Source: an uncultured Nitrospiraceae bacterium (GTDB lineage Bacteria; Nitrospirota; Thermodesulfovibrionia; Thermodesulfovibrionales; Dissulfurispiraceae). Taken from it: DNA of 64,000 bases. Positions 48,811 through 58,773 of this stretch are shown one piece after another; the first letter of the stretch is position 1; every line of letters starts with the position of its first letter. The DNA lies in the NCBI GenBank assembly GCA_963727805.1, contig CAVSHF010000005.1, positions 1,152,001 through 1,216,000 of the forward strand. Direction: 5' to 3'. The notes under the pieces are model-generated. The model did no database searches. It was given only the letters and a program-made list of their open reading frames with translations, and had not been told where the DNA came from. The translations under genes were made by a program, and so were the position numbers.

Positions 48811-49128
48811 CTAGTCGCCAGTCCCGTACTTTTCAGTCAAATATGCGATGATCACATCCGCGTCTGCATCGGACATCGGAGCGCCGAAGACCTTTCTCAT
48901 CTTGGTAACCGTCGAAGTCCACTGCATTTTCGAACCCTTCGGTTGCATGGTAATGTAATCCACACTATGGCAGATATTGCAGAGCGTAGCCACTTTATCC
49001 TTACCCTCTCCCTGAGCAAGCTTTATCTGTTCTGCCGGAAGGGTGATCTGCTTTATCTCCTTTTCTTGAGCAGAGACAAATCCGATCATCATCGCCAGCA
49101 ATACGGTCAGTATGAATGTTCTTTTCAT
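48811..49128 (-). CDS. sorB: SorB-like monoheme cytochrome c
   Basis: Signal peptide, CNICHSVDYITMQP...W...V.KM..VFGAP. Confidence 0.85.
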   Translation of the reverse strand: MKRTFILTVLLAMMIGFVSAQEKEIKQITLPAEQIKLAQGEGKDKVATLCNICHSVDYITMQPKGSKMQWTSTVTKMRKVFGAPMSDADADVIIAYLTEKYGTGD

Positions 49129-49136
49129 GTTCCCTC

Positions 49137-50327
49137 CTACATGACCGTTACTTCGGTCTTTTCGACCTTGTTCCACAGATACCCGGCTGGGTTCCAGAGA
49201 CTTTCAAAGGGCTGCGATTCTCCGATACTGTTTGTCGCCTTTGACATCAAAGTGTATGTGCCAGGCCTTTCAGGTTTCCAGCTGTAAAACCATTGTATCC
49301 ATGAGTACCTGCCCAAATCCTTACCGAGACGTGCCTGATTCCATGTCCTGCCGTTATCGAATGAGATTACCACATCACGTATGCCGCGACCGCCCGAAAA
49401 TGCAATCCCCACAACTTCGACAGAAGCATTTGCTCTTAGCGGTGCCTCGTTTGCGGGAGTGATAATAAGTGAACGTGTGGTCATCCGGCTTATCGGGACC
49501 GTTTTCTTCGGTGCCGTACCGGGTGGTATACATCCACAGTCGTTGTCAGGGATGCGATAAGCGGTCTTCACCCAAAAGCCTTCAAACGGTTTCGACAGCA
49601 CGGTTATCTCACTCAGAGATTTCACCCAATATGTTGCGTACCAACCCGGCACGATTAGACGAGCCGGGAATCCATTGAGCATGGGGAGCGGGTTCCCGTT
49701 CATCTCATAAGCGACGATTATGTCATCTTCCATCGCTTTATCGATAGGAAGGCTCTTCACCAAATCGGGTACGGTCGTCAGCGGAGGTTTATCGAGCCCG
49801 TCAAATGATACATCTACCGATCCGGCCTTGACGCCTGCCTTGTCAAGGATATCTTTCAGGCGCGCACCCGACCACGTGACATTACCCATCGCACCATTGC
49901 CCCATTGTCCACCGAATACCCTTGGCTCGAAAAAGCTTCGTCCGTTGCCCGCGCATTGAATCACTGCTGTATAGCAGGTCTTTTCAAATTTCTTCAGGTC
50001 CTCCATCGAGAAGGATAGCTCTTTTTCCGTATTACCGCTGATTTTCAGCCTCCATGTATTCAAATTTACGGAGGTCGGCACCTGCGAAATATGCCATCTG
50101 ACAAAGACCGCTTCATTTGGTGTTATCAATTCTTTGAAGTAGGAGATCGGCGTTTCGAGCTGTGGCGGCCGCGAAGTGAGCAGCATCAGGTTCGTTTTTT
50201 CGGGGAACCTCGCCATACGTGGTTCGTTCCCGAAGGCAAGGTCAGGGATACCCCCCAGCGCTGCCATGGCCGTAACGGTGCCCGCTGCTTTTAAAAAATG
50301 CCTTCGCGTCAAGCCAGAATTATCCAT
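49137..50327 (-). CDS. sorA: SorA-like periplasmic molybdopterin sulfite dehydrogenase (sulfite oxidase family)
   Basis: Tat motif TRRHFLK; RPPQLETP, FVRWH, IQCAGNGR Mo-ligand Cys, NGFPARLIVPGWY, WNPAGY. Confidence 0.88.
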   Translation of the reverse strand: MDNSGLTRRHFLKAAGTVTAMAALGGIPDLAFGNEPRMARFPEKTNLMLLTSRPPQLETPISYFKELITPNEAVFVRWHISQVPTSVNLNTWRLKISGNTEKELSFSMEDLKKFEKTCYTAVIQCAGNGRSFFEPRVFGGQWGNGAMGNVTWSGARLKDILDKAGVKAGSVDVSFDGLDKPPLTTVPDLVKSLPIDKAMEDDIIVAYEMNGNPLPMLNGFPARLIVPGWYATYWVKSLSEITVLSKPFEGFWVKTAYRIPDNDCGCIPPGTAPKKTVPISRMTTRSLIITPANEAPLRANASVEVVGIAFSGGRGIRDVVISFDNGRTWNQARLGKDLGRYSWIQWFYSWKPERPGTYTLMSKATNSIGESQPFESLWNPAGYLWNKVEKTEVTVM

Positions 50328-50396
50328 TGCCGGCAACCTCCGTTTCTCAAACACAATTAGTTACAGTATATTCTCTGGCAAGGACGCATTCAACCC

Positions 50397-51323
50397 TTAC
50401 TGCAGGGCATTCATGATGGCGGCGGTAAACTTACTGATCCCATCGGTGACTTGGAGCTTGTCAGCAGAGATGAGTATCAATACCAAAACCATGTAGCCAT
50501 TGATCCATCCAAACACCGGACGACATAGGGCCCCCCGGCTCCCAACGAGACGGACTCCCTGCCATACCAGCCACGCCGAAACACTGATGAGAGCTACCTT
50601 TATAATGACGGCTTGTGCAAATCCGAACAGACATAAAACGAGTGCGCTAACCGCCGTTGCTGCCATCCAGAGCGAGATGATTCTCAATAACTGTTCGCGT
50701 CCAAGGAGACGTGTGACCGAGGGTTGCCCAGCGGTTTCGTATTCACTTCCGTATCGAATCAGAAGGAGCCAGAAATGCGGGACCTGCCACATGGCAATAA
50801 AAAGGCAAAGTGCCCAAAGCGCCGGAGATGCAATGCTTCCTCCAGCAGCGGCCCATCCTATGGCAGGCGGCACCGCACCTGTGAGCGCTCCCGGGATTGC
50901 CGCAAAAGCGCTTACTCGTTTCAATAAAGTATAGACCCCGGCATACCAGACAAGAGCTAATAACCCGAGGACCGCAGCTAAGGTGCCGCAACCTATGCTC
51001 AGAATAGCAATGCCTGAACCGGCAAGAATCAACGAGAAGCCAAGCGCGTGTACGGGGGCGATCAGACCTGCAGGAAGCGGCCGTTGTCTTGTCCGTGCCA
51101 TGAGAGTGTCAGTCCCGCGCTCCTGATACTGATTGAGTCCAGAAGCTCCACAAGCGAGGAGGAAGACCCCGGTAAAAACATGTAGCAGCGTCCCTTGTAA
51201 ATGTGCTGCCGCAAGAATGTAGCCGCTTGCCGCAGAGAAGGCGGCGACAAGCGAAACCCTGATTTTGCATAGGTTCAAACAGCCGCATGCCTTATTGCGA
51301 TATATTAATATTGAATGATTCAT
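50397..51323 (-). CDS. ctaB: protoheme IX farnesyltransferase (heme O synthase)
   Basis: NQYQERGTDTLMARTRQRPLP, YTLLKR, GAVPP..GW, WQVPHFW. Confidence 0.9.
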   Translation of the reverse strand: MNHSILIYRNKACGCLNLCKIRVSLVAAFSAASGYILAAAHLQGTLLHVFTGVFLLACGASGLNQYQERGTDTLMARTRQRPLPAGLIAPVHALGFSLILAGSGIAILSIGCGTLAAVLGLLALVWYAGVYTLLKRVSAFAAIPGALTGAVPPAIGWAAAGGSIASPALWALCLFIAMWQVPHFWLLLIRYGSEYETAGQPSVTRLLGREQLLRIISLWMAATAVSALVLCLFGFAQAVIIKVALISVSAWLVWQGVRLVGSRGALCRPVFGWINGYMVLVLILISADKLQVTDGISKFTAAIMNALQ

Positions 51324-51368
51324 CGTGACTTATTACTCCTGCTCTTTCAGCCTTCCGTGCTTTGCTCT

Positions 51369-52271
51369 TTATTTCAGCGTCTTCAAGTATTCGACTATTG
51401 CATTTAGTTCCTCATCCGTGACCGAGATGAGCGGCATTATCGGTTGGTAACCTTTGATGATGTCAACGTTAGGGCGACGAACATAACTCTTAATATATTC
51501 GTCATCGACTGAAACCTCGCGTTCATTTCCCTTCGTCACAACCGTCTCCTTCACACCGTATAGGCCCTTGAAGGTCGGACCTACTTTCATTGAACCGTCT
51601 GTGCTGTGGCACCCCAGGCATCCCTTCTCTCCGACAAGTTTTTGCCCCAGCGCAGCGACACCTGCTGCCTCTGCACCAGAATACCATTTGTCAAACTCGG
51701 CTACCGGCATCACGATCACCTTCGATAGCATGTGTGAATGTTCAACTCCACAATATTCAGTACAATAAATATCGTAAGTGCCTTCCTCGTCGGCATTGAA
51801 CCAGATATAGGTCTTCATGCCGGGAACACAGTCTTCCTTTATCCTGAATGCTGGAATGTAGAGGCTGTGAATGACGTCCTCCGACATCAATATCAGTTTC
51901 ACTGGCTTGTTCAGCGGCACCCTCAGTACGTCGCTTTTCCTGCCGTTTCCGTAAACAAAAAGCCAAGACCACTGGCGCGATATAACATTAATGATCATGG
52001 CGTTTTTCGGCGGCGTCCTGATAAATTCAAAATTCACCCAACCGAAATAAAACATAGAAAGGGCAAGTGCCGTCGGAACGGCCGTCCAGACTATCTCGAG
52101 CCAGAGGCTATCCTTCACTTCCTCGGGGTCTGGATGGCGTTTGCTGTTAAACTTAATCACGAAAACAAGCATGACGATAGTCACAATAACCAGTAGGACG
52201 ACGGAAATCCCGACGATATAGAAGAAGGCTTCGTCTACCTTGCCAGTCGAAATCGCCGGACCGAAGAACAT
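51369..52271 (-). CDS. coxB: cytochrome c oxidase subunit II with fused C-terminal cytochrome c
   Basis: DVIHS, CTEYCGVEHSHM CuA site, CLGCH...MP. Confidence 0.93.
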   Translation of the reverse strand: MFFGPAISTGKVDEAFFYIVGISVVLLVIVTIVMLVFVIKFNSKRHPDPEEVKDSLWLEIVWTAVPTALALSMFYFGWVNFEFIRTPPKNAMIINVISRQWSWLFVYGNGRKSDVLRVPLNKPVKLILMSEDVIHSLYIPAFRIKEDCVPGMKTYIWFNADEEGTYDIYCTEYCGVEHSHMLSKVIVMPVAEFDKWYSGAEAAGVAALGQKLVGEKGCLGCHSTDGSMKVGPTFKGLYGVKETVVTKGNEREVSVDDEYIKSYVRRPNVDIIKGYQPIMPLISVTDEELNAIVEYLKTLK

Positions 52272-52279
52272 GGAGGGCC

Positions 52280-52582
52280 TCACCGGTACCAGGTATCGAC
52301 GAAGGTCAGGGCGATGATCAACGTAAGAGCCCCGATGGCGAGCAGCAGCATGCCTTTCACCACCCATCCTTCATATCTCAGATGCATGAAATAGGTGAGC
52401 ACTAGGCTGGCCTTTACTGTAGCGATAACAAGGCTTCCAAGGACACTGTAGCTCGCAAGAAGTTCGAACCGTGCAATTGCGATAGTCATCCCGAGAAGCA
52501 CCAGGAGTGCTCCCCATACGTAGGTGTAATGGCTGTATCCGACGGTCTGAGGTTGAGAATCGTCTCTGTCCATTTCGTTCAC
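52280..52582 (-). CDS. coxD: cytochrome c oxidase subunit IV
   Basis: KASLVLTYFMHLRYE, three TM helices. Confidence 0.88.
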   Translation of the reverse strand: MNEMDRDDSQPQTVGYSHYTYVWGALLVLLGMTIAIARFELLASYSVLGSLVIATVKASLVLTYFMHLRYEGWVVKGMLLLAIGALTLIIALTFVDTWYR

Positions 52583-52595
52583 TCCACAATCGATC

Positions 52596-53234
52596 CTATG
52601 TTATCAGATAGAAAAGCGGGAAGAGATATATCCAAACAATATCCACAAAATGCCAATAGAGCCCGGTGTTTTCGAGCTTTGCGAAATTGTCTTTGTCGAG
52701 GACTCCACGCCTAGTATAAAAAAGCATGATCGCTATCACGATAATACCGAGCAGCACATGGAGACCATGAATGCCAGTCATCACAAAGTAGAGGCCGAAG
52801 AAGAGAATGTCTCCCTTTTCACGCGCCAAAAGAATCGGAGAATTTGGATAGATCCCTTTCGAGATTTTGGCTCCCCACTCAAAGTATTTGATGATGAGAA
52901 AGCAACCTGCGAACAGTATCGTTGCCATTTGCATAAGAGATGAGAGCCGTCTGTTACCCTTCTTAATTGCTGCGATAGCAACGGCGATGGTAAGACTGCT
53001 GCTAAGAAGGACCATGGTATTGATCGACCCCAGCAGGAGGTTTTCCTCCTGGGCCGCCAAATGGAACTCCGCAGGATAACGTGATCGATAGACCGCATAG
53101 AGCAGAAACATTCCGCCGAAGAAGAGCAGTTCGGTAAAAAGGAAGAGCCACATGCCGATCTTCTTTCCCGCATAGTCGATGCGACCCAACTCTGTCACTG
53201 GTACCGTAGCTCCCAGATTGTTATTTTTTTCCAA
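52596..53234 (-). CDS. coxC: cytochrome c oxidase subunit III
   Basis: GMWLFLFTELLFFGGMF, TGIHGLHV, GLYWHFVDIVW. Confidence 0.93.
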   Translation of the reverse strand: MEKNNNLGATVPVTELGRIDYAGKKIGMWLFLFTELLFFGGMFLLYAVYRSRYPAEFHLAAQEENLLLGSINTMVLLSSSLTIAVAIAAIKKGNRRLSSLMQMATILFAGCFLIIKYFEWGAKISKGIYPNSPILLAREKGDILFFGLYFVMTGIHGLHVLLGIIVIAIMLFYTRRGVLDKDNFAKLENTGLYWHFVDIVWIYLFPLFYLIT

Positions 53235-54828
53235 AGCTATATGGCGCCTCGGTAATCACCGGCGTTTCGATAAAGTTTTCATAGGGTGGCGGTGACGGTA
53301 TACTCCACTCAAGGGTCCGCCCTCCCCATGGATTTGCTGATGCCTTCGGACCGCTGAAGAGCGCCCTGATCAGATTGCCGAAAATAATAATCAGACCAAT
53401 AGCCAGCAGCCATGAACCAACTGTAGAAACCATCTCCCCGGAATGGTACTGCGGCGGCGGGTCGAAGTATCTCCTCGGCATGCCGTTGTATCCCAGGATA
53501 AACATGCTGAAATAAAGCACGTTAAATCCGACGAAGAAGAAAAACCAACCAATTTTCGCAGCCTTCTCGTTGAACATCTTGCCGAACATCTTGGGATACC
53601 AATAATGCAGTCCCGCAAGAAACGCAAAGCCGACACCGCCGAACATGACATAGTGGAAATGGGCCACGATGAAATAGGTGCCGTGGACGTGCAGGTTTGG
53701 TGCGAGCGAGCCAATGATAAGACCGGTCAGACCGCCGATCGAAAAGAGAAAGATGAACGATAGGGCGAAGAGGAGCGGCGAGTCAATCTGGATCGACCCC
53801 TTGTAGAGAGTAGCTATCCAGTTGAAGACCTTCACCCCACTCGGAACTGCGACCAGAAAGGTGATGAAAGAAAAGACAATCCTAGCTGTATCACTCATGC
53901 CGCTCGTAAACATGTGATGCCCCCAAACGAAATATCCGACCGTAGCAATCGCCAGGGCTGAAAAGACAACTGCCTTGTAGCCGAAGATCTTTCGCTTTGA
54001 AAAGGTGGGCATAATCTCGCTGATAATGCCCATGGCAGGCAAGACCATAATGTAGACGGCGGGGTGAGAATAGACCCAGAAGAGATGTTCATAGAGAATA
54101 GGATCGCCGCCTCTGGAGGGATCGAAAAACCCGACGCCGAACACCCGGCCAAGGACAATGAAGACGAGCGTAATAGCGAGAACGGGGGTAGCGAGTATCT
54201 GCACCCAGCCGGTAGCATAGAGGGTCCAGATAAAGAGCGGTAGGCGGAACCACTTCATGCCAGGTGCCCTCATGCGGTGGATGGTAGTGACAAAATTCAG
54301 ACCGGTAAAAATTGAGGAGAAACCAAGGACGAAGACCCCAAGTACAGCTAGCGAAACATTGGCTTTTGTCCTGATACTGTATGGGGCGTAAAAAGTCCAG
54401 CCCGTGTCGGGCGGCGCTCCGTTGATAAACAAGGCGAGCACTACGACGGAAGCTCCTGCCAGGTAGAGCCACAGAGTAAATCGGTTAAGCCGCGGGAATG
54501 CAACGTCTCTCGCCCCGATCATGATTGGCAGAAGGAAGTTGCCGAAGGCTACAGGGATACCTGGTATTATGAAGAGAAATATCTGGATGATCCCGTGCAC
54601 TGTAAATACTTCGTTATACTGCTGCGCGTTGAGGATTGCTCCCGGCGCAATGAGGCTCAGTCGTATGAGGACACCGAGCGCCACCCCGACTGAAAAGAAG
54701 CTCAGGAGCGCTCCCAGGTACATAATTCCGATTCTCTTATGGTCTGTCGACATCAGCCAAGCAAGTATGCCTGGATATCTGCTACTCTCTTCGTAGAAAC
54801 TGATCTCTTTAGACGCCTTATTTTCCAT
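53221..54828 (-). CDS. coxA: heme-copper oxidase subunit I, type A2
   Basis: TDHKRIG, TVHG, RDVAFPRLN, YSHPAVY, WGHHMF, VPSGVK, AHFHYV, GMPRRY. Confidence 0.95.
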   Translation of the reverse strand: MENKASKEISFYEESSRYPGILAWLMSTDHKRIGIMYLGALLSFFSVGVALGVLIRLSLIAPGAILNAQQYNEVFTVHGIIQIFLFIIPGIPVAFGNFLLPIMIGARDVAFPRLNRFTLWLYLAGASVVVLALFINGAPPDTGWTFYAPYSIRTKANVSLAVLGVFVLGFSSIFTGLNFVTTIHRMRAPGMKWFRLPLFIWTLYATGWVQILATPVLAITLVFIVLGRVFGVGFFDPSRGGDPILYEHLFWVYSHPAVYIMVLPAMGIISEIMPTFSKRKIFGYKAVVFSALAIATVGYFVWGHHMFTSGMSDTARIVFSFITFLVAVPSGVKVFNWIATLYKGSIQIDSPLLFALSFIFLFSIGGLTGLIIGSLAPNLHVHGTYFIVAHFHYVMFGGVGFAFLAGLHYWYPKMFGKMFNEKAAKIGWFFFFVGFNVLYFSMFILGYNGMPRRYFDPPPQYHSGEMVSTVGSWLLAIGLIIIFGNLIRALFSGPKASANPWGGRTLEWSIPSPPPYENFIETPVITEAPYSFGKK

Positions 54829-55663
54829 TGACCTTGCCGCTTTCCAAATCCCTTTTTCTGCCCGTCGTTTTAAGGTAAACAAAAAGGCCGATCATTGCAA
54901 GGAGTGTTACCACTCCAGCGACAGACAGGAGCATGAAAAAACGGTCCTGGTTTGCCGGCTGGTGCGAGAAACAATACAAAACTTGCTTTTTCAGACTGGA
55001 CATGACCGTCCCTCGTGATGCATTGGCAAGTTCCAGAGTCAGTTCGGCTGGTGAAAATATGATGGGATATTCGACCCCGTATTGATATTTTGACAGATAA
55101 TCATAGCCAGTTATCCTTCCTTCCGCCGATAGAAAAATCAGTACGACCGGATGTATAAACCCGTGCCCGTCCTGCTGAAAATGAAAGCCGATCGCATCGG
55201 TAATACTCCTGATACTCTCTCTGTCCCCCGTCAGAAACTTCCACGCATCCTGAGGGAAATGCATTCCCGTCGCCTTGACATAATTTACTTTTTTTTCACG
55301 TGCGATATCCGGATCATCTCTTTCATCGAAGCTTATAGTTATCAGCTGATATTCCATCCCAGGAGTGAGTTTGACATTCCCCATTGCAGCGGCAAGTCCA
55401 CCGAGTGCCTGTGGACAAATACGGTCGCAGGTTAAATATACAAACGTCAATATCGTCGGCTTCCTGATGATATCACGCAACTTCATGAATGCACCATTTT
55501 CGTCACGAAAAGTGAGATCGAGAGGGATGTAATCTCCCGTTTTTTCAGAGATGCCTATATCCCGCGAAATGACTTCCTGATGTCCCGTTGAGGAACCAGG
55601 CAAAAAAATGCCCAATAGTATGAGCAGAGGCAGGATATTCTTTACGATTAGAGGTGACGTCAT
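54818..55663 (-). CDS. SCO1/SenC copper chaperone
   Basis: CDRICP, WKFLTG, FIHP. Confidence 0.88.
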   Translation of the reverse strand: MTSPLIVKNILPLLILLGIFLPGSSTGHQEVISRDIGISEKTGDYIPLDLTFRDENGAFMKLRDIIRKPTILTFVYLTCDRICPQALGGLAAAMGNVKLTPGMEYQLITISFDERDDPDIAREKKVNYVKATGMHFPQDAWKFLTGDRESIRSITDAIGFHFQQDGHGFIHPVVLIFLSAEGRITGYDYLSKYQYGVEYPIIFSPAELTLELANASRGTVMSSLKKQVLYCFSHQPANQDRFFMLLSVAGVVTLLAMIGLFVYLKTTGRKRDLESGKVNGK

Positions 55664-55842
55664 GTATTTGTTATAGATGTACCAAATTATTGGTTACAAT
55701 TCAATCAACAGCTGATATGCCAAATTCATCTCACTGGCATCTCTTGTTGAATACCATTCAAAATCTTAATAGCATGAATAGGTAGGCATAATAATTAGCG
55801 AAATAAAAAATCATAATCGATTCAGCCAACGGAGGAACAAAC

Positions 55843-56409
55843 ATGGCAGCAAAAGAAGGATTTAGGATTCTCGGCTTTGCCGGCAGTCTCAGAAAAGATT
55901 CATACAACAAAGCCCTTCTTCGCGCAGCCCTGGAGTTGCTCCCCGAAGGTGTCGAAATGGATACATTTGACCTTGAAGGGATTCCCCCCTTCAATCAGGA
56001 CCTCGAGGGTAACCCGCCGCAGAAGGTAACTGATTTCAAGACAAAGATCAGAAGCGCTGATGCTCTTCTGGTGGCCACGCCGGAATACAACTATTCGATA
56101 CCAGGCGTCCTGAAGAATGCTATTGACTGGGCCTCTCGCCCCTATGGTGACAACGCCTTCCAAGAAAAGACCGTTGCATTCATGGGCGCGTCGATAGGCA
56201 TGCTTGGCACTGCTCGGGCGCAATACCATCTACGCCAGTGCTGCGTCTTTCTGCAAATGCACCCCGTAATCGATCCAGAGGTCATGGTCCCTTTTGTCTC
56301 CGACAAAGTCGATAGCAAGGGACGATTAACCGATGAGAAGACGAAGGACAAAATAAGGGAATTGATCGAAAGCCTCGTAATCTGGACGAAAAGACTGAAG
56401 GTAAAATAA
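55843..56409 (+). CDS. NAD(P)H-dependent FMN reductase (ChrR/SsuE family)
   Basis: AGSLRKDSYN, TPEYNYSIPGVLKNAIDWASRP. Confidence 0.92.
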   Translation: MAAKEGFRILGFAGSLRKDSYNKALLRAALELLPEGVEMDTFDLEGIPPFNQDLEGNPPQKVTDFKTKIRSADALLVATPEYNYSIPGVLKNAIDWASRPYGDNAFQEKTVAFMGASIGMLGTARAQYHLRQCCVFLQMHPVIDPEVMVPFVSDKVDSKGRLTDEKTKDKIRELIESLVIWTKRLKVK

Positions 56410-56411
56410 AC

Positions 56412-56463
56412 GCCCCCCTCCTATCCCCTCCTTTGCGAGCCATAGGTCGTCGGGGGAGGGGAT
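56412..56463. repeat. C-rich/G-rich inverted repeat (REP-like element or terminator)
   Basis: atcccctcc ... ggaggggat. Confidence 0.4.
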
Positions 56464-56524
56464 GATTGCAAAGCATCTTGTCTATCTGTTACCTCTGTCG
56501 CTATGATAATGAGGAGATATCGCT

Positions 56525-57736
56525 ATGATTCACGAGGAAATTGTGACGACAGGCTCTTTGGATAAACCTGTTTATCTATTCTGCGGCAGCCTTATCGACG
56601 GCAGCGGTGGGCCAGTTCTTGAGCGCGCCCTCATAACTATTAAAGATGGCCTCATCACAGGCGTTGAGGAAACGCGTGGTATCCCTTCTGGAACCGAGGA
56701 TTTGGGCGACTGCACTATTATCCCCGGTCTCGTTGATTGCCATGTCCATCTCTTCATGTCCGGCACGACTGATCCCTCTGTTCGAAAAAGTCAGTTGAGC
56801 TATTCTTTTGATGAAGCAGGATCGATCATCAAACGTCACCTTGCCGCTCAGCTTAACCATGGCGTTTTTACCGTGAGAGACGGTGGCGATTACGGTGGCC
56901 ATGCACTGCGCTACAAACGCGAAGTGATGCCCACCACACGTAATCCGATACTCATGCTATGCGCCGGCCGGGCATGGCATGCCGCGGGTCGTTATGGAAG
57001 CCTCATCGGCAGATCGCCGTCTGACGGGATAACCCTAGCCCAAGCTATTTCTGAGAGTAATGAGAAACCAGATCACGTCAAGATCGTTAATTCGGGTATT
57101 AATAGCCTGATGGATTTCGGCAAAGAGACTGCTCCCCAGTTTAGCCTTGAAGAACTGACTGAAGCGGTGAGGGAGGCAGCGAAGCTCGGGCTTAAAACTA
57201 TGGTTCACGCTAACAGTCGCTTACCCGTCAGGAATGCGGCCGAAGCTGGGTGCCATTCTATAGAACATGGCTTCTTCATGGGGGAGGACAATCTCAAGCT
57301 TCTTGCAGACCGCCGGATTTATTGGGTCCCAACAGTCGGCACCATGAAAGCTTATGCAGAGCAGATCAAAAAAGGAACACGGGAAACAGAAATCGCATTA
57401 AGAAACCTCGACCATCAGCTCGGACAAATGCGTATCGCCCGAAAGCTCGGAGTGCCCATGGCTATCGGCACCGACTGCGGAAGCCTCGGCGTCCATCATG
57501 GCGCTGCATTCTCGAAAGAGATGAAGCTGTTCATGGAAGCGGGGTTTTCACTAAATGAGGTTATTCGCTGCGCTACCACTAACGGAGCAAAACTACTTGG
57601 CGTTGATGATAAAATCGGAGGATTGCAGGTTGGAAAGCCGGCCACGTTTATCGTGGTAAAAAGCGCTCTGCAGGCGTTGCCTGATGCTTTAAAGACACCC
57701 GAAAGAGTATATTTCAGAGGGATTAAGATTGGTTAG
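56525..57736 (+). CDS. metal-dependent amidohydrolase
   Basis: PGLVDCHVH, VRDGG, MVHA, IEHG, IGTDCG, GKPA. Confidence 0.9.
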   Translation: MIHEEIVTTGSLDKPVYLFCGSLIDGSGGPVLERALITIKDGLITGVEETRGIPSGTEDLGDCTIIPGLVDCHVHLFMSGTTDPSVRKSQLSYSFDEAGSIIKRHLAAQLNHGVFTVRDGGDYGGHALRYKREVMPTTRNPILMLCAGRAWHAAGRYGSLIGRSPSDGITLAQAISESNEKPDHVKIVNSGINSLMDFGKETAPQFSLEELTEAVREAAKLGLKTMVHANSRLPVRNAAEAGCHSIEHGFFMGEDNLKLLADRRIYWVPTVGTMKAYAEQIKKGTRETEIALRNLDHQLGQMRIARKLGVPMAIGTDCGSLGVHHGAAFSKEMKLFMEAGFSLNEVIRCATTNGAKLLGVDDKIGGLQVGKPATFIVVKSALQALPDALKTPERVYFRGIKIG

Positions 57737-57796
57737 GCGAAACTATGATTATCATGCGAACCGTGCAAAGGCATGGTACGAGTCTTTATATCTTGC

Positions 57797-58168
57797 TCAA
57801 TCGGTTCTGTCTTGTTTGTTTTCGCCTTCGGCAACATCAGTTGTATCAGTCGGCATGTGATAGGCAACAAAAAAAATAATAAAAGATATAAATATGAAAA
57901 TACAGGCTACAGTGAATGCGAGTGACCGTCCATGCCATAACCCATCAAACCAGCGAGAAAACTCATCTGCAAGTACACTCCATTTCCCCGCATAAAGCTC
58001 CAGGTTATGCCTATACGTGTTGGAATGTTCAAATTCATAAATCAATAAATTTTCCGAAGCATCCCCAGCTGTCAGATAAATCAATATAGCGCTACCCAGG
58101 CCAACCATCAGGATAATGGCGGCAATCAGGTAAAGACGAGTTTGGAGATTTGTGATTTTCCAGTGCAT
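57797..58168 (-). CDS. hypothetical two-TM membrane protein
   Basis: Two hydrophobic segments flanking LELYAGK...WFDGLWHGRSLA. Confidence 0.6.
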   Translation of the reverse strand: MHWKITNLQTRLYLIAAIILMVGLGSAILIYLTAGDASENLLIYEFEHSNTYRHNLELYAGKWSVLADEFSRWFDGLWHGRSLAFTVACIFIFISFIIFFVAYHMPTDTTDVAEGENKQDRTD

Positions 58169-58333
58169 AATATGGCAGTACCTAATTGTAACATACAACA
58201 TGGCCCGTCATGTCATAGTTGCAAACAGCTGCAGAAAAAAGAAACAGATCATAATATATCATTGTACATTTCTCAAAGAAAGATGTATATTCCGTTTATC
58301 ATGACTTAAATACACATAATAAGGAGGCATAAT

Positions 58334-58687
58334 ATGAAACAAGTTTGCCTTGGTCTGTTGGTATTCTTACTTGCATCTGCCATTTACTCGCAGTCGCAGG
58401 CAGCTTGGTGGTTGGAAAAAGAAGCAGGCAACAAGAGAATTGAGATTTCTGACAAAAAGTTGCCATTCCATGTGGGAGTCTTAAGGTGCGTGGTTTCAGG
58501 GACTGTTTTTTCACGGATGCAGGATGACACCGTTGCCGAGCATAGAAATCTTATCTGTTGGGTTTCTCAAGATACATTTGTAACAGTACAGGCTGATTGT
58601 GAGTACCCTAGAAGTACAATAACCGTTTTGAAAATATCGCAGAAAGGCAAGGTATATAAACCGGCTTTGATATGTGGGAAAAAATAA
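58334..58687 (+). CDS. exported hypothetical protein with four mature Cys
   Basis: AGGAGG RBS, signal peptide ending SQA-A. Confidence 0.65.
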   Translation: MKQVCLGLLVFLLASAIYSQSQAAWWLEKEAGNKRIEISDKKLPFHVGVLRCVVSGTVFSRMQDDTVAEHRNLICWVSQDTFVTVQADCEYPRSTITVLKISQKGKVYKPALICGKK

Positions 58688-58773
58688 ATAACAAAAGTTG
58701 TGTGACTTAGTTCGGAAGCTATTAATGCTATAAACGGCAATGCCCACAAGGATACGTCCTGTCTTTTCCGCTC

